A stretch of DNA of 64,000 nucleotides from Candidatus Latescibacterota bacterium. GTDB lineage: Bacteria > Latescibacterota > UBA2968. The DNA is taken from assembly GCA_038279365.1 (NCBI GenBank), contig JAYODI010000010.1, positions 34,762-98,761 of the forward strand. Direction: 5' to 3'. Shown one piece after another: positions 35,694-43,943 of the stretch. Every line of letters begins with the position of its first letter. Within the stretch, counting starts at the first letter, position 1. Both the position numbers and the translations under genes were made by a program. The notes beneath the pieces are model-generated. The model had not been told where the DNA came from and did not search any database. It saw only the letters and a program-made list of their open reading frames with translations.

Positions 35694-36968
35694 TTATTTA
35701 TTCAAAATAGACAGGATGGCCTTGTCGCGGTCGATGGCTTCTTTTATTTTGGGTTCCCAGTCTTGCAATTTTTCAGAGGTAATTTGAAGGTTTTTTAAGG
35801 CTGATGGGTGTGGATCTGGGAGGGTTTTGTCACCACCTGATCCAATGTTTAACTTACGGGCAATTGCATCGCCCACATTAATGAGAGATGCAATTTGGGA
35901 GTCGGCGTCTGCACTGCTTGGGCGATGATGATACGCAACGGCTTGAAGAAGTGCTGTGGGCAATTGCCAACTTTCGCACAACTCTTTACCAATAAGACCA
36001 TGGTTGAGGCCGATGATTTCTTCTTCTGCTTTAAATAGAGATACATTATCTTTTTCTACACATTGAAGCACTTCGCCGTAAAAATCTGAGTAGAGTGCAT
36101 CTAAGATAATTTTGCCCATATCGTGTATAATGCCTGCTGTAAAACTCTCTGGGCGGTCTAGTTTTAGTTCTTCAGACAGGAAACGAGCTGTTGAACCCAC
36201 AGCAGAAGAGTGCAACCAAAAAGAGGCTTTGTCTAGGCCTGCGGTATCTTTTAGTCCTTTGGTGGCCTCAAATACGGAAATATTTAATATTGTATTCTGT
36301 ACGGTTTGGTTACCCAAAAGTGAAATGGCATCACGAACCGATTTTATTTGTCGACTAAAACCAAAAAATGCCGAATTTGCAAGACTGAGCAGTTTAAGTG
36401 AAATGGATGGATCGGTTTCAATTACTTTGCTTAAATCATCAGCGCTAACATCTGGGTTTTTGCAAAGCTGATCCACCTCGGCGTAGATGGTCGGTAGGGT
36501 GGGGAGGTTGTCTATGTTTTGGATATCGCGTTTGAATTTGTTGGCGAATCCTGAAGCCGTGACTTGTTGTTGACTTTCTTTGCCTAATAATTTCCACATC
36601 TTTGCCAAGAGCATACTTGGAGCGGATGGTTTGATGATAAATCCATCGGCTCCCTTTTTAATACATTCTGTCAGTTTGTTTTGCTCTTGGCTATAAATGG
36701 CTATGGGGATATTTTGGAGGGCTTTGCTACGGCGAATAATATCCAAAGCTTTTAAAAAGCCACCTTGACTGACCGTATCCAGCAAAATAATATCAGGACG
36801 ATGCTTAAGTTGTTTGATAAGACCCACGCCATTGCCAACATCTATGACTTCATATCCACCAATTGTATGCAAAAAAGCACGTGTAAAACTGCGGTCTTGT
36901 GGGTCATGTTGAGCCACGATAACCTTATACGGTCGATTTTGAGATAGTGCACTGGGTGCATCAGCCAT
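35694..36968 (-). CDS. Receiver + HDOD domain protein
   Basis: DIILLD...IIKP receiver, then LPTLP, DPS...LANS, FWLH and HDMGK. Start moved to ATG 36968 because TTGACG-17-TATCAT overlaps the track start. Confidence 0.85.
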   Translation of the reverse strand: MADAPSALSQNRPYKVIVAQHDPQDRSFTRAFLHTIGGYEVIDVGNGVGLIKQLKHRPDIILLDTVSQGGFLKALDIIRRSKALQNIPIAIYSQEQNKLTECIKKGADGFIIKPSAPSMLLAKMWKLLGKESQQQVTASGFANKFKRDIQNIDNLPTLPTIYAEVDQLCKNPDVSADDLSKVIETDPSISLKLLSLANSAFFGFSRQIKSVRDAISLLGNQTVQNTILNISVFEATKGLKDTAGLDKASFWLHSSAVGSTARFLSEELKLDRPESFTAGIIHDMGKIILDALYSDFYGEVLQCVEKDNVSLFKAEEEIIGLNHGLIGKELCESWQLPTALLQAVAYHHRPSSADADSQIASLINVGDAIARKLNIGSGGDKTLPDPHPSALKNLQITSEKLQDWEPKIKEAIDRDKAILSILNK

Positions 36969-37171
36969 GGGGTCTAATGATTGATTTTGAATTGTATGTG
37001 TCCTGTGTTTTATAGATTTTATGATACTTGGAAATCGAGATTGCGTCAACTTATTTTGTAAGTAAGATTATAAAAAAAGTGATGATAGGTGTTTTTTAAC
37101 TTGGCGTTTTGAACCAGCGGTTTCAATGTGCTTCTTGTTGTGGTTTTGTTTTTGAGGGAAATATCTCATAC

Positions 37172-37792
37172 ATGAACAATCATTCAATTAAAAGTGGTGC
37201 AATTATTCTTTCTGGCGGCAAAAGTCAACGCATGGGTAAAGCAAAGTCAGAGCTTATTATTGGAAAAAAAACCATGTTGCAGCATGTGGTTGACATTTTT
37301 CATTTGGCGGTTGACCATATAGTTGTTGTATGTGCACCCGATCAGCCATTGCCCTTAACTGATTCAGACGTTATTTGGGCAAACGATGTTGTTGGTGGTC
37401 AGGGCCCATTGCGAGGGGTGCAAGCAGGTTTATTGGCTTTGCCACCTCATGTTGAACGGGTCTTTCTTTCGTCTTGTGATGCGCCGCTCTTGAAGCCAGA
37501 ATTAGTTGCCCATCTTTTTTCTTATCCCAATCAGACAAAAGCTGTGGTGCCTCTCATCGGGGGGATACCCCAACCACTGACGGCCGTTTATGCAGCAGAT
37601 ATTCTGACCACAGTTACCCAGTTGTTGGCAACGGGGGAGCGGAGTTTACAAGCCTTATTACGAAATATTGACGCCCACTTTGTTTCAGAAGAGGTGATCA
37701 AGCAAGTGGATCCTTCCTTGGCGTCGTTTGAAAATGCAAATACCCCCGATGATTATCTGCGAATATTAAAGATATTTGGAGATATGACTTGA
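37172..37792 (+). CDS. mobA: Molybdenum cofactor guanylyltransferase
   Basis: LSGGKSQRMG..K, GPLRG, CDAP, QPL.AVY and N.NTP motifs. Confidence 0.85.
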   Translation: MNNHSIKSGAIILSGGKSQRMGKAKSELIIGKKTMLQHVVDIFHLAVDHIVVVCAPDQPLPLTDSDVIWANDVVGGQGPLRGVQAGLLALPPHVERVFLSSCDAPLLKPELVAHLFSYPNQTKAVVPLIGGIPQPLTAVYAADILTTVTQLLATGERSLQALLRNIDAHFVSEEVIKQVDPSLASFENANTPDDYLRILKIFGDMT

Positions 37793-37862
37793 TGCACTCA
37801 GGATGTTGTTTATATTGAGGAAGTCATTTTTTCGCAGATAAAGATTCAGGAGGGCATGGATT

Positions 37863-38168
37863 ATGGCTATTGAAGATAAAACCGTATTGAGCGAAAAAGA
37901 AATTTTGTCAGAACTGGCCCATTTGGATGGGTGGGAGTATGTGTCTGAAATGCGCGCGTTGCGCCGTGTTTGGCAATTTGAGAAGTTTGTGCCCACAATG
38001 GCTTTTGTGCGTTCTTTGACTCAGATAATGGATGAAAACAACCATCATTCAGATTTGCATTTAGACAGCCGAAAAAAAACGCTAACCGTAACCGTCACGA
38101 CCCACAGTGAAAATGCCATTACCCGGTCTGATGTCGACTTTGCGAAAGCCATTAATGCCAACTCTTGA
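37863..38168 (+). CDS. Pterin-4a-carbinolamine dehydratase family protein
   Basis: L.GW, F.KF, NHHSD and TTH....T..D motifs. Confidence 0.8.
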   Translation: MAIEDKTVLSEKEILSELAHLDGWEYVSEMRALRRVWQFEKFVPTMAFVRSLTQIMDENNHHSDLHLDSRKKTLTVTVTTHSENAITRSDVDFAKAINANS

Positions 38169-38262
38169 TTTTTAGGGGTTGGCACTTGTCAAAATCTCAG
38201 TTTTGTTTAGATTACATTCTTGATGACCAACACATAATATGTAAATTCAATGGAGGTTGAAT

Positions 38263-38631
38263 ATGGCAGATCATAAAGTTATTGCTTATTTGAAACCGTC
38301 TTGTGGTTGGAGCGGTGGTGTGCGTGCAGTGCTGAACAAGTATGGCTTACCATTTGAAGATAAAGACATCATTAACAACCCAGACAATTATCGGGAAATG
38401 GTCATGAAAAGTGGCCAACCACTTCAACCCTGTGTCGAAATTGATGGTCAAATGCTGGCCGATATCAGTGGCGATGAATTGGAATCTTGGTTGGTGCAAA
38501 ACAATTTTCAAGTAGCCGGCCCAGAACCTACTGTCCCAACAGATCGTTCGTGCACAGATGAAGAACATGCGGCAATGGCGCGTGCGGCACAAACCCCAAC
38601 CATTGCCAACCCTCACTTTGGCAGTCGCTAA
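38263..38631 (+). CDS. Glutaredoxin-like protein (CGWS motif)
   Basis: YLKPSCGWS and KSGQPLQPCVEIDG, with C-terminal CTDEEH tail. Confidence 0.75.
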   Translation: MADHKVIAYLKPSCGWSGGVRAVLNKYGLPFEDKDIINNPDNYREMVMKSGQPLQPCVEIDGQMLADISGDELESWLVQNNFQVAGPEPTVPTDRSCTDEEHAAMARAAQTPTIANPHFGSR

Positions 38632-38652
38632 ACTTTTGGGTGTTAAATAGAC

Positions 38653-38681
38653 AGGCGATCCTTCGGGGTCGCCTTTTTTTT
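38653..38681 (+). terminator. Intrinsic terminator
   Basis: AGGCGATCC/GGGTCGCCT with T-run. Confidence 0.75.
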
Positions 38682-38691
38682 GGAGTCTGGT

Positions 38692-39387
38692 TTGAGCAAA
38701 TCGACTTTTTTACTGGCTTCTGAAATTGCAGCGTGCACCAAATGCCCACGCTTGGTGGCCTATTGTGCAACTTTTCAGGGCATGAAAAACCCCAAATTTC
38801 CAGAGTTTGATTATTGGGCAAAACCCGTTCCTGGTTTTGGCGATCCCCAGGCGCGGCTATTAATTATTGGGTTGGCACCAGGTGCGCAAGGGGCCAATCG
38901 AACGGGGCGTCCGTTTACGGGGGATGGGGCTGGAGAAGTGCTCTATAAGGCGTTGCACAAACATGGTTACGCAAATCGCGATACGGTCATAGATCGAAAT
39001 GATGGTTTGGTTTTAGATGGTGTCTACATTACCAATGCTGTAAAGTGTGTACCACCACAAAATAAGCCTATCGGAAGTGAAAAACAAAATTGTTTGCCTT
39101 GGCTGACCAAAGAGTTGCCTTTGTTGAAGCATGTGGACGTTGTTTTGGCAATGGGAAAGGATGCATTTGACAGTTATTTGCGCCTTCTCAAATTGCAAGG
39201 GAAAATCGAGAAGTTAAGTGCTTATCGTTTTGGGCACGAAGCGATGTATACGTTTGACCGTGCGCCAACGCAGTTAATTGCGACCTATCATTTTAGCAGA
39301 TACAACATCAATACGGGTGTTTTAAATGAAGAAATGATTGATGCGCTGTTTGAAAAAGTGAAGGGATTGTTAAGGCCTACTGAGTAG
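38692..39387 (+). CDS. Uracil-DNA glycosylase family 5 (UdgB-like, Fe-S)
   Basis: CTKCPRL, GLAPGAQGANRTGRPFTGD, KC.PP.NKP...C and YHFSRYN motifs. Confidence 0.9.
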   Translation: MSKSTFLLASEIAACTKCPRLVAYCATFQGMKNPKFPEFDYWAKPVPGFGDPQARLLIIGLAPGAQGANRTGRPFTGDGAGEVLYKALHKHGYANRDTVIDRNDGLVLDGVYITNAVKCVPPQNKPIGSEKQNCLPWLTKELPLLKHVDVVLAMGKDAFDSYLRLLKLQGKIEKLSAYRFGHEAMYTFDRAPTQLIATYHFSRYNINTGVLNEEMIDALFEKVKGLLRPTE

Positions 39388-39894
39388 GCCAATGTAAGGC
39401 AGGTTGCGGTAGGCTTGTTCGTAGTCGAGGCCATAACCCACAACAAATTGATCGGGAATGCGAAAACCGCAATAATGGATGGGAACAGACACTTCGCGGC
39501 GGCTGGGTTTGTTGAGGAGTGTACAAATTTTGAGGCTGCGGGGATTTTGTTTTTGGAAATGTTGGAGAAGAGCATTGATCGTGCGCCCAGTGTCCACAAT
39601 GTCTTCAATAAGCAGAACATCTTTTTGGGCAATGTTAATACTTGTTTTTTGGTGGAGTGTCACATTTCCTGTGCTGTGAGTTCCTGCATAACTTGAAACA
39701 GATATCAGATCAATAAGCACGGGTTGAGAAATGGCTCTTGAGAGGTCAGATAAAAAATACAATGCGCCACGCAAGACCCCAATGAGAATAAGTGGGCAGT
39801 TGGGTGGGTAAGCTGCAGAAATGATGCGCCCTAATTCTGAAACACGATTTTGGATGGTCTGTTGCGCGATGAGTACTTGGGGGCGAGGTGTCAT
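39370..39894 (-). CDS. hpt: Hypoxanthine phosphoribosyltransferase
   Basis: GVLRGA, VSSY, VLLIEDIVDTG and FVVGYGLDY...RNLP motifs. Confidence 0.95.
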   Translation of the reverse strand: MTPRPQVLIAQQTIQNRVSELGRIISAAYPPNCPLILIGVLRGALYFLSDLSRAISQPVLIDLISVSSYAGTHSTGNVTLHQKTSINIAQKDVLLIEDIVDTGRTINALLQHFQKQNPRSLKICTLLNKPSRREVSVPIHYCGFRIPDQFVVGYGLDYEQAYRNLPYIGLLSRP

Positions 39895-39899
39895 TGGGG

Positions 39900-40241
39900 T
39901 TAAGTAATGATGTCTATGAGTGTTTTTTGCATTTGGTCTTGTGTGCGAACAACCTGAGCATTTTGTTCAAAGTTTCTTTGGGATTGGATTTGGTTGACGG
40001 TCTCTTCGGTTAGATCGACATTGTTTTGGGGCCCATCTATGTTTTGTGCCAAAGATTTGGCTTGGGTGGATAATGTCACCGTGTCAATGTTTGAAGATAC
40101 CCCCCCTTGCAAGCGGGTTTGTTGGCTTGTGATTTGTTTTGCAAATTCGTCGGTATGGACATTGGCTGTGTTGTGTGCCGATGTGGCCAATTGTGCCTTG
40201 TTTGTCTGAAGGCCACTGCGTGCAATATCTAACGCATTCAT
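39900..40241 (-). CDS. Small flagellar basal-body rod/hook-like protein (N- and C-terminal D0 motifs only), orphan
   Basis: ARSGL...SAHNTANV and NVDLTEE.V..I.SQR.FE.NA.V..T.DQM..TLIDI. Confidence 0.75.
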   Translation of the reverse strand: MNALDIARSGLQTNKAQLATSAHNTANVHTDEFAKQITSQQTRLQGGVSSNIDTVTLSTQAKSLAQNIDGPQNNVDLTEETVNQIQSQRNFEQNAQVVRTQDQMQKTLIDIIT

Positions 40242-40389
40242 ATGCAAGTCCTGTTCTTGTGGGTGAATGATGTTTGCATAGTATAGTATTTTATGCTTTT
40301 CTTTGCAAGGTTATCGCATATGGCGCAAGCTCTTTATATTGTTCGGGGCATAAATGGCTAAGTATTGGGATGTTTTCATGAGGTTGATC

Positions 40390-40419
40390 TTGACGTTTTG
40401 GGGGCTTTTGTGTTATATT
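40390..40419 (+). promoter_or_regulatory. Sigma70-type promoter
   Basis: TTGACG-18-TATATT with extended TG. Confidence 0.6.
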
Positions 40420-40425
40420 TCTTTC

Positions 40426-40549
40426 CGAAGCGAAGCTTCACAAAAAAACGCCTTGAACCTAAACGGGTGGCCCCAACGGAAGTTATTCCGCATTTAATGT
40501 GGATCTTCGTCATATTTATTCGGCCGCCTGTAGGTTAGGCGTTTTTTGT
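40426..40549 (+). ncRNA. Candidate rod-shaped RNA with internal bubble (6S-like) or structured leader of grx-mutL-miaA
   Basis: Nested stems 40443-53/40537-47, 40456-60/40532-36, 40465-72/40522-29, 40476-82/40505-10 and 40487-93/40497-503. Confidence 0.5.
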
Positions 40550-40591
40550 TTGCCTGTTAGAGATGTTTGACGCTTATTTTTGGAGGCGAAT

Positions 40592-40861
40592 ATGCCCAAA
40601 TTAAAGATTTACACCAAGTCATATTGCCCTTATTGTGTGAGAGCCCTTTCTGTTTTAAAGTCTGTTGGGATTACAGATTATGACGAAATATCAATTGATG
40701 GGCGAGAAATGGAAATGCGCCAAAAATTGGTTGGTTTAACCAATGGACGCAGCGATGTACCACAAGTATTTGTGGGCGATCAATATATTGGTGATGACGA
40801 TGAATTATCATTGCTTGCAAAATCGGGGAAATTGCAGCAAATGTTAACTGGAGATGCGTAA
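40592..40861 (+). CDS. Glutaredoxin 3-like (CPYC)
   Basis: YCPYC and VPQVF...IG motifs. GGAGG RBS. Confidence 0.9.
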   Translation: MPKLKIYTKSYCPYCVRALSVLKSVGITDYDEISIDGREMEMRQKLVGLTNGRSDVPQVFVGDQYIGDDDELSLLAKSGKLQQMLTGDA

Positions 40862-40866
40862 TATAG

Positions 40867-42702
40867 ATGGCCAATAGGGTTCACATTTTACCCGATGAGA
40901 TCGCAAACCGCATTGCTGCTGGCGAGGTGGTTGAGCGCCCAGCCTCCGTGACCAAAGAATTGGTCGAAAATGCCGTTGATGCAGGTGCAGATCGCATTGT
41001 TGTTGAGGCGGGGGCGGGGGGCAAAGAGAGTCTGCGCATTAGCGACAATGGGTGTGGGATGTCACGAGATGATGCTTTGCTGGCATTGGAACGCCACGCC
41101 ACCAGTAAGATTCATGATCTGTCAGATTTGCGTGCTCTAAAGACACATGGTTTTCGTGGTGAAGCCTTGCCCAGTGTGGCTGCAGTGACCCGATTGGTGA
41201 TTGAAACACGGCAACCCGACGACATGGAAGGGACGCGTGTGGATGTGGTTGGGGGACGTGTGCGTGATGTGACATCCGTGGGGCGAAGCCCAGGGACGAC
41301 CATTACATTACATGGGTTGTTTTTTAATGTGCCCGCTCGAAGGAAGTTTTTAAAAGGTGTAGATACCGAGTTTCGACACATTGCAAATACCATGACAGCA
41401 ATGGGTTTGGCCTATCCCAATATCGCATTTGAACTGAAGCACAACGGACGTGAGAGTTTGAGGCTACCCCGTGCAGATCGAAAAAAACGTGTTGAGCAGG
41501 TTTTTAACGTAAAATTTGGCCAAGATGTGGTCGAAATATCTGGGCAAGTAAATCAAGTAGGCATTTGGGGGTTTGTGGGAAAGCCCGAAATGGCCCGAAA
41601 ATCTGGCCAACAACAAATGCTCATTGTGAACCAGCGCTGGGTGCAACACAAGGCCATCACATATGCAGTTTATGAAGGTTTTGGAGGCTTGTTGCCCAAA
41701 GGGCTCACACCGACTTACTGTCTTTTTTTGGAAGTTGATCCTTCCCGTGTTGATGTCAATGTACATCCCTCAAAGCGCGAAATCCGGTTTGCCGACGAAC
41801 GCACGGTGTATCAAGCCGTGGTTTCTTGTGTGCATGATGCATTGCGCCAGGCCGACTTGGTTCCCAAAATGGATGAGCATACCATTGTTGCAATGCCAAG
41901 TATGCCTGTTTTTGAACCTCAAGAAGATCAAGGAAATAAGCCACGGGTAGCAGAACGACCGCGTCAAGATTATCAACCCGGCAAGGCCGATATTGAACCC
42001 ACACCACAAATGGCTCTTCCACTCACTGTTCGCACTCGCCCACAGAGCGCATTGCAGACACCGTCACTCAAAGTAAGTCGAGAGGTGTTTGATGACGTGG
42101 GTTTTGGTCATGTTTCAGTTTGGCAGTTGCATCATAAATATATCCTTGCGCATATCAAAAATGGGGTGATCATTGTTGATCAGCAAGTGGCGCATCAGCG
42201 GGTGTTGTATGAACGTGCTTTGTCTCACTTTGACAAAAGCCCAGCAACAAGCCAGCGATTGTTGTTTCCGCAAACGTTAGACTTTGGCCTAAAAGAGATC
42301 CATTTTGTGAGAGAAGCCATGCCGCTTTTGGAACGTATGGGCTTTGGGATTCGTGATTTTGGGGGCAATACAGTGGTTGTTGACGCCATTCCTGTAGGCC
42401 TTAAATCTTGGCAAGAGGGGAATTTGTTGCGTGAGTTGATTCAAGATATGGCAGATGCCGAGAATCGCACCTCGGTGCCACCAGGATTGCAGGCGCGCCA
42501 AATCACACCTCAAGAACACCGTTTGGCGGCTGCGTATGCTTGGCATACATCCATTCGCGAGGGGGATGAGCTCAGTACAGTTGAAATGCGCGGATTGATT
42601 GATCAATTGTTTGCTACGCAAGAACCTTTTGTGTGTCCTTATGGGCGACCGACGTTGGTGAAGATGGGTTTGGATGAAATTGACAGTCGGTTTAGGCGGT
42701 AG
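40867..42702 (+). CDS. mutL: DNA mismatch repair protein MutL (endonuclease motifs degenerate)
   Basis: IAAGEVVERP, HATSK, GFRGEAL and VDVNVHPSK motifs. C-terminal DQQVAHQ, AWH and CPYGRP. Confidence 0.95.
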   Translation: MANRVHILPDEIANRIAAGEVVERPASVTKELVENAVDAGADRIVVEAGAGGKESLRISDNGCGMSRDDALLALERHATSKIHDLSDLRALKTHGFRGEALPSVAAVTRLVIETRQPDDMEGTRVDVVGGRVRDVTSVGRSPGTTITLHGLFFNVPARRKFLKGVDTEFRHIANTMTAMGLAYPNIAFELKHNGRESLRLPRADRKKRVEQVFNVKFGQDVVEISGQVNQVGIWGFVGKPEMARKSGQQQMLIVNQRWVQHKAITYAVYEGFGGLLPKGLTPTYCLFLEVDPSRVDVNVHPSKREIRFADERTVYQAVVSCVHDALRQADLVPKMDEHTIVAMPSMPVFEPQEDQGNKPRVAERPRQDYQPGKADIEPTPQMALPLTVRTRPQSALQTPSLKVSREVFDDVGFGHVSVWQLHHKYILAHIKNGVIIVDQQVAHQRVLYERALSHFDKSPATSQRLLFPQTLDFGLKEIHFVREAMPLLERMGFGIRDFGGNTVVVDAIPVGLKSWQEGNLLRELIQDMADAENRTSVPPGLQARQITPQEHRLAAAYAWHTSIREGDELSTVEMRGLIDQLFATQEPFVCPYGRPTLVKMGLDEIDSRFRR

Positions 42703-42707
42703 CCCGT

Positions 42708-43625
42708 ATGGGTGATTTTGATGTTTTGGTAATTGGAGGGGCAACTGCGTCTGGCAAAACGGGTGTTGGGATCGCACTTGCTCAAGCCTTAGGTGGTGAA
42801 ATCGTATCCGCAGATGCCCGACAAATTTATAGACACATGGATATTGGCACAGCCAAGCCCACCGTTGAAGAGCAACAACAAGCGACACATCACCTGATAG
42901 ATATTGTATATCCCGATGATAAATACAGTGCCGGACAATTTGCCAAAGATGCACAACGAGTCGTGAGTAATATTGTTGACAGAGGCAAAGTTCCTGTTTT
43001 TGTAGGTGGGGCGGGGCTTTACCTGCGGGCATTTTTTGATGGTTTTGCCCCTATGCCCGATATTCCAGATGAGATTCGTTCACGATTAAGAACGGAAGCC
43101 GAGAAAGGTTTGGCCCCCTTATACACTCAGCTTCAAAGTATTGACCCCGAATGGGCCAACAAGATTCAACCCCAAGATCGCCAGCGGATTATTCGGGGGT
43201 TAGAAGTGTATGAAGCAACGGGCAAGACCTTAACTCATTTTCAAAATTTGCCCCCCGAACCAGCAGGCGGGCACTGGAAATCACGGTGGTTTGGCTTAGA
43301 TTGGCCACGAGAGTTGCTTTATGAGCGCATCAACTCTCGTGCTTTGCAAATGGTAGAGAATGGTTTGCTGGCAGAAGTAGAAGGATTGCGCGAGATGGGA
43401 TATGCGCCAGAGTTGAATGCACTTCAGACTTTTGGATATCGCGAATTTTTTGACCATTTAGATGGCAAACGATCTCTTGATGAGGCGATTCAAGAACTCC
43501 AGCAAGGCTCTCGGCGATATGCCAAACGGCAGTTGACGTGGTTTCGTGGAGACACCCGTATGACGTGGATCGCGGCTGATAATGCAGATCCTATATCCGA
43601 AATTTTGCGCCAACTTGAAGCTTGA
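42708..43625 (+). CDS. miaA: tRNA dimethylallyltransferase
   Basis: GATASGKT, SADARQIYR.MDIGTAKP and YAKRQLTWF motifs. Confidence 0.95.
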   Translation: MGDFDVLVIGGATASGKTGVGIALAQALGGEIVSADARQIYRHMDIGTAKPTVEEQQQATHHLIDIVYPDDKYSAGQFAKDAQRVVSNIVDRGKVPVFVGGAGLYLRAFFDGFAPMPDIPDEIRSRLRTEAEKGLAPLYTQLQSIDPEWANKIQPQDRQRIIRGLEVYEATGKTLTHFQNLPPEPAGGHWKSRWFGLDWPRELLYERINSRALQMVENGLLAEVEGLREMGYAPELNALQTFGYREFFDHLDGKRSLDEAIQELQQGSRRYAKRQLTWFRGDTRMTWIAADNADPISEILRQLEA

Positions 43626-43666
43626 CACCACCTGAAAATCTATATAGATTTCTCACCACTTGATGA

Positions 43667-43742
43667 GCGGGAATAGCTCAGTTGGTAGAGCGCAAGCTTC
43701 CCAAGCTTGAAGTCGCGGGTTCGAGCCCCGTTTCCCGCTCCA
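43667..43742 (+). tRNA. tRNA-Gly(CCC)
   Basis: Cloverleaf with anticodon arm CAAGC-TT-CCC-AA-GCTTG and CCA end. TTGACA-17-TAGATT at 43622-43650. Confidence 0.95.
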
Positions 43743-43769
43743 CTATTTTGTATAATGATTGTTATCATG

Positions 43770-43807
43770 AAAAAGGGTTACGAGACCACACTCGTAACCC
43801 TTTTTTT
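43770..43807 (+). terminator. Intrinsic terminator after tRNA-Gly
   Basis: AAAAAGGGTTACGAG/CTCGTAACCCTTTTTTT. Confidence 0.85.
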
Positions 43808-43943
43808 ACTGTATTTTGATCAATCATATATTTTTAGATTGGTTTAGGGGTTGGTCTAAAAAATTATTATTATATCCACTTTAGGTGTCTTTAGGGTGGT
43901 TATGGATAAGGCAAAAAGGCCAGTCAAAATGAAAGGTAAGCCA

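Noticed and set aside
36969-37171. Long N-terminal extensions in the ORF track (e.g. 37049, 37109, 33447, 48487, 55777, 57989)
   Set aside because: They run through promoters, leaders or terminators. Downstream starts at the beginning of recognisable homology, several with a clear RBS, were used instead.
39370-39387. 18-bp convergent 3' overlap of udg and hpt
   Set aside because: Short tail-to-tail overlaps are common.
40311-40336. Sigma28 promoter for the rod-like gene (minus strand TAAA-N14-TGCGATAA)
   Set aside because: The spacer is one base short, the -10 has two mismatches, and a better sigma70 match lies closer to the gene.
42289-43032. 247-aa minus-strand ORF
   Set aside because: Antisense shadow across mutL and miaA.
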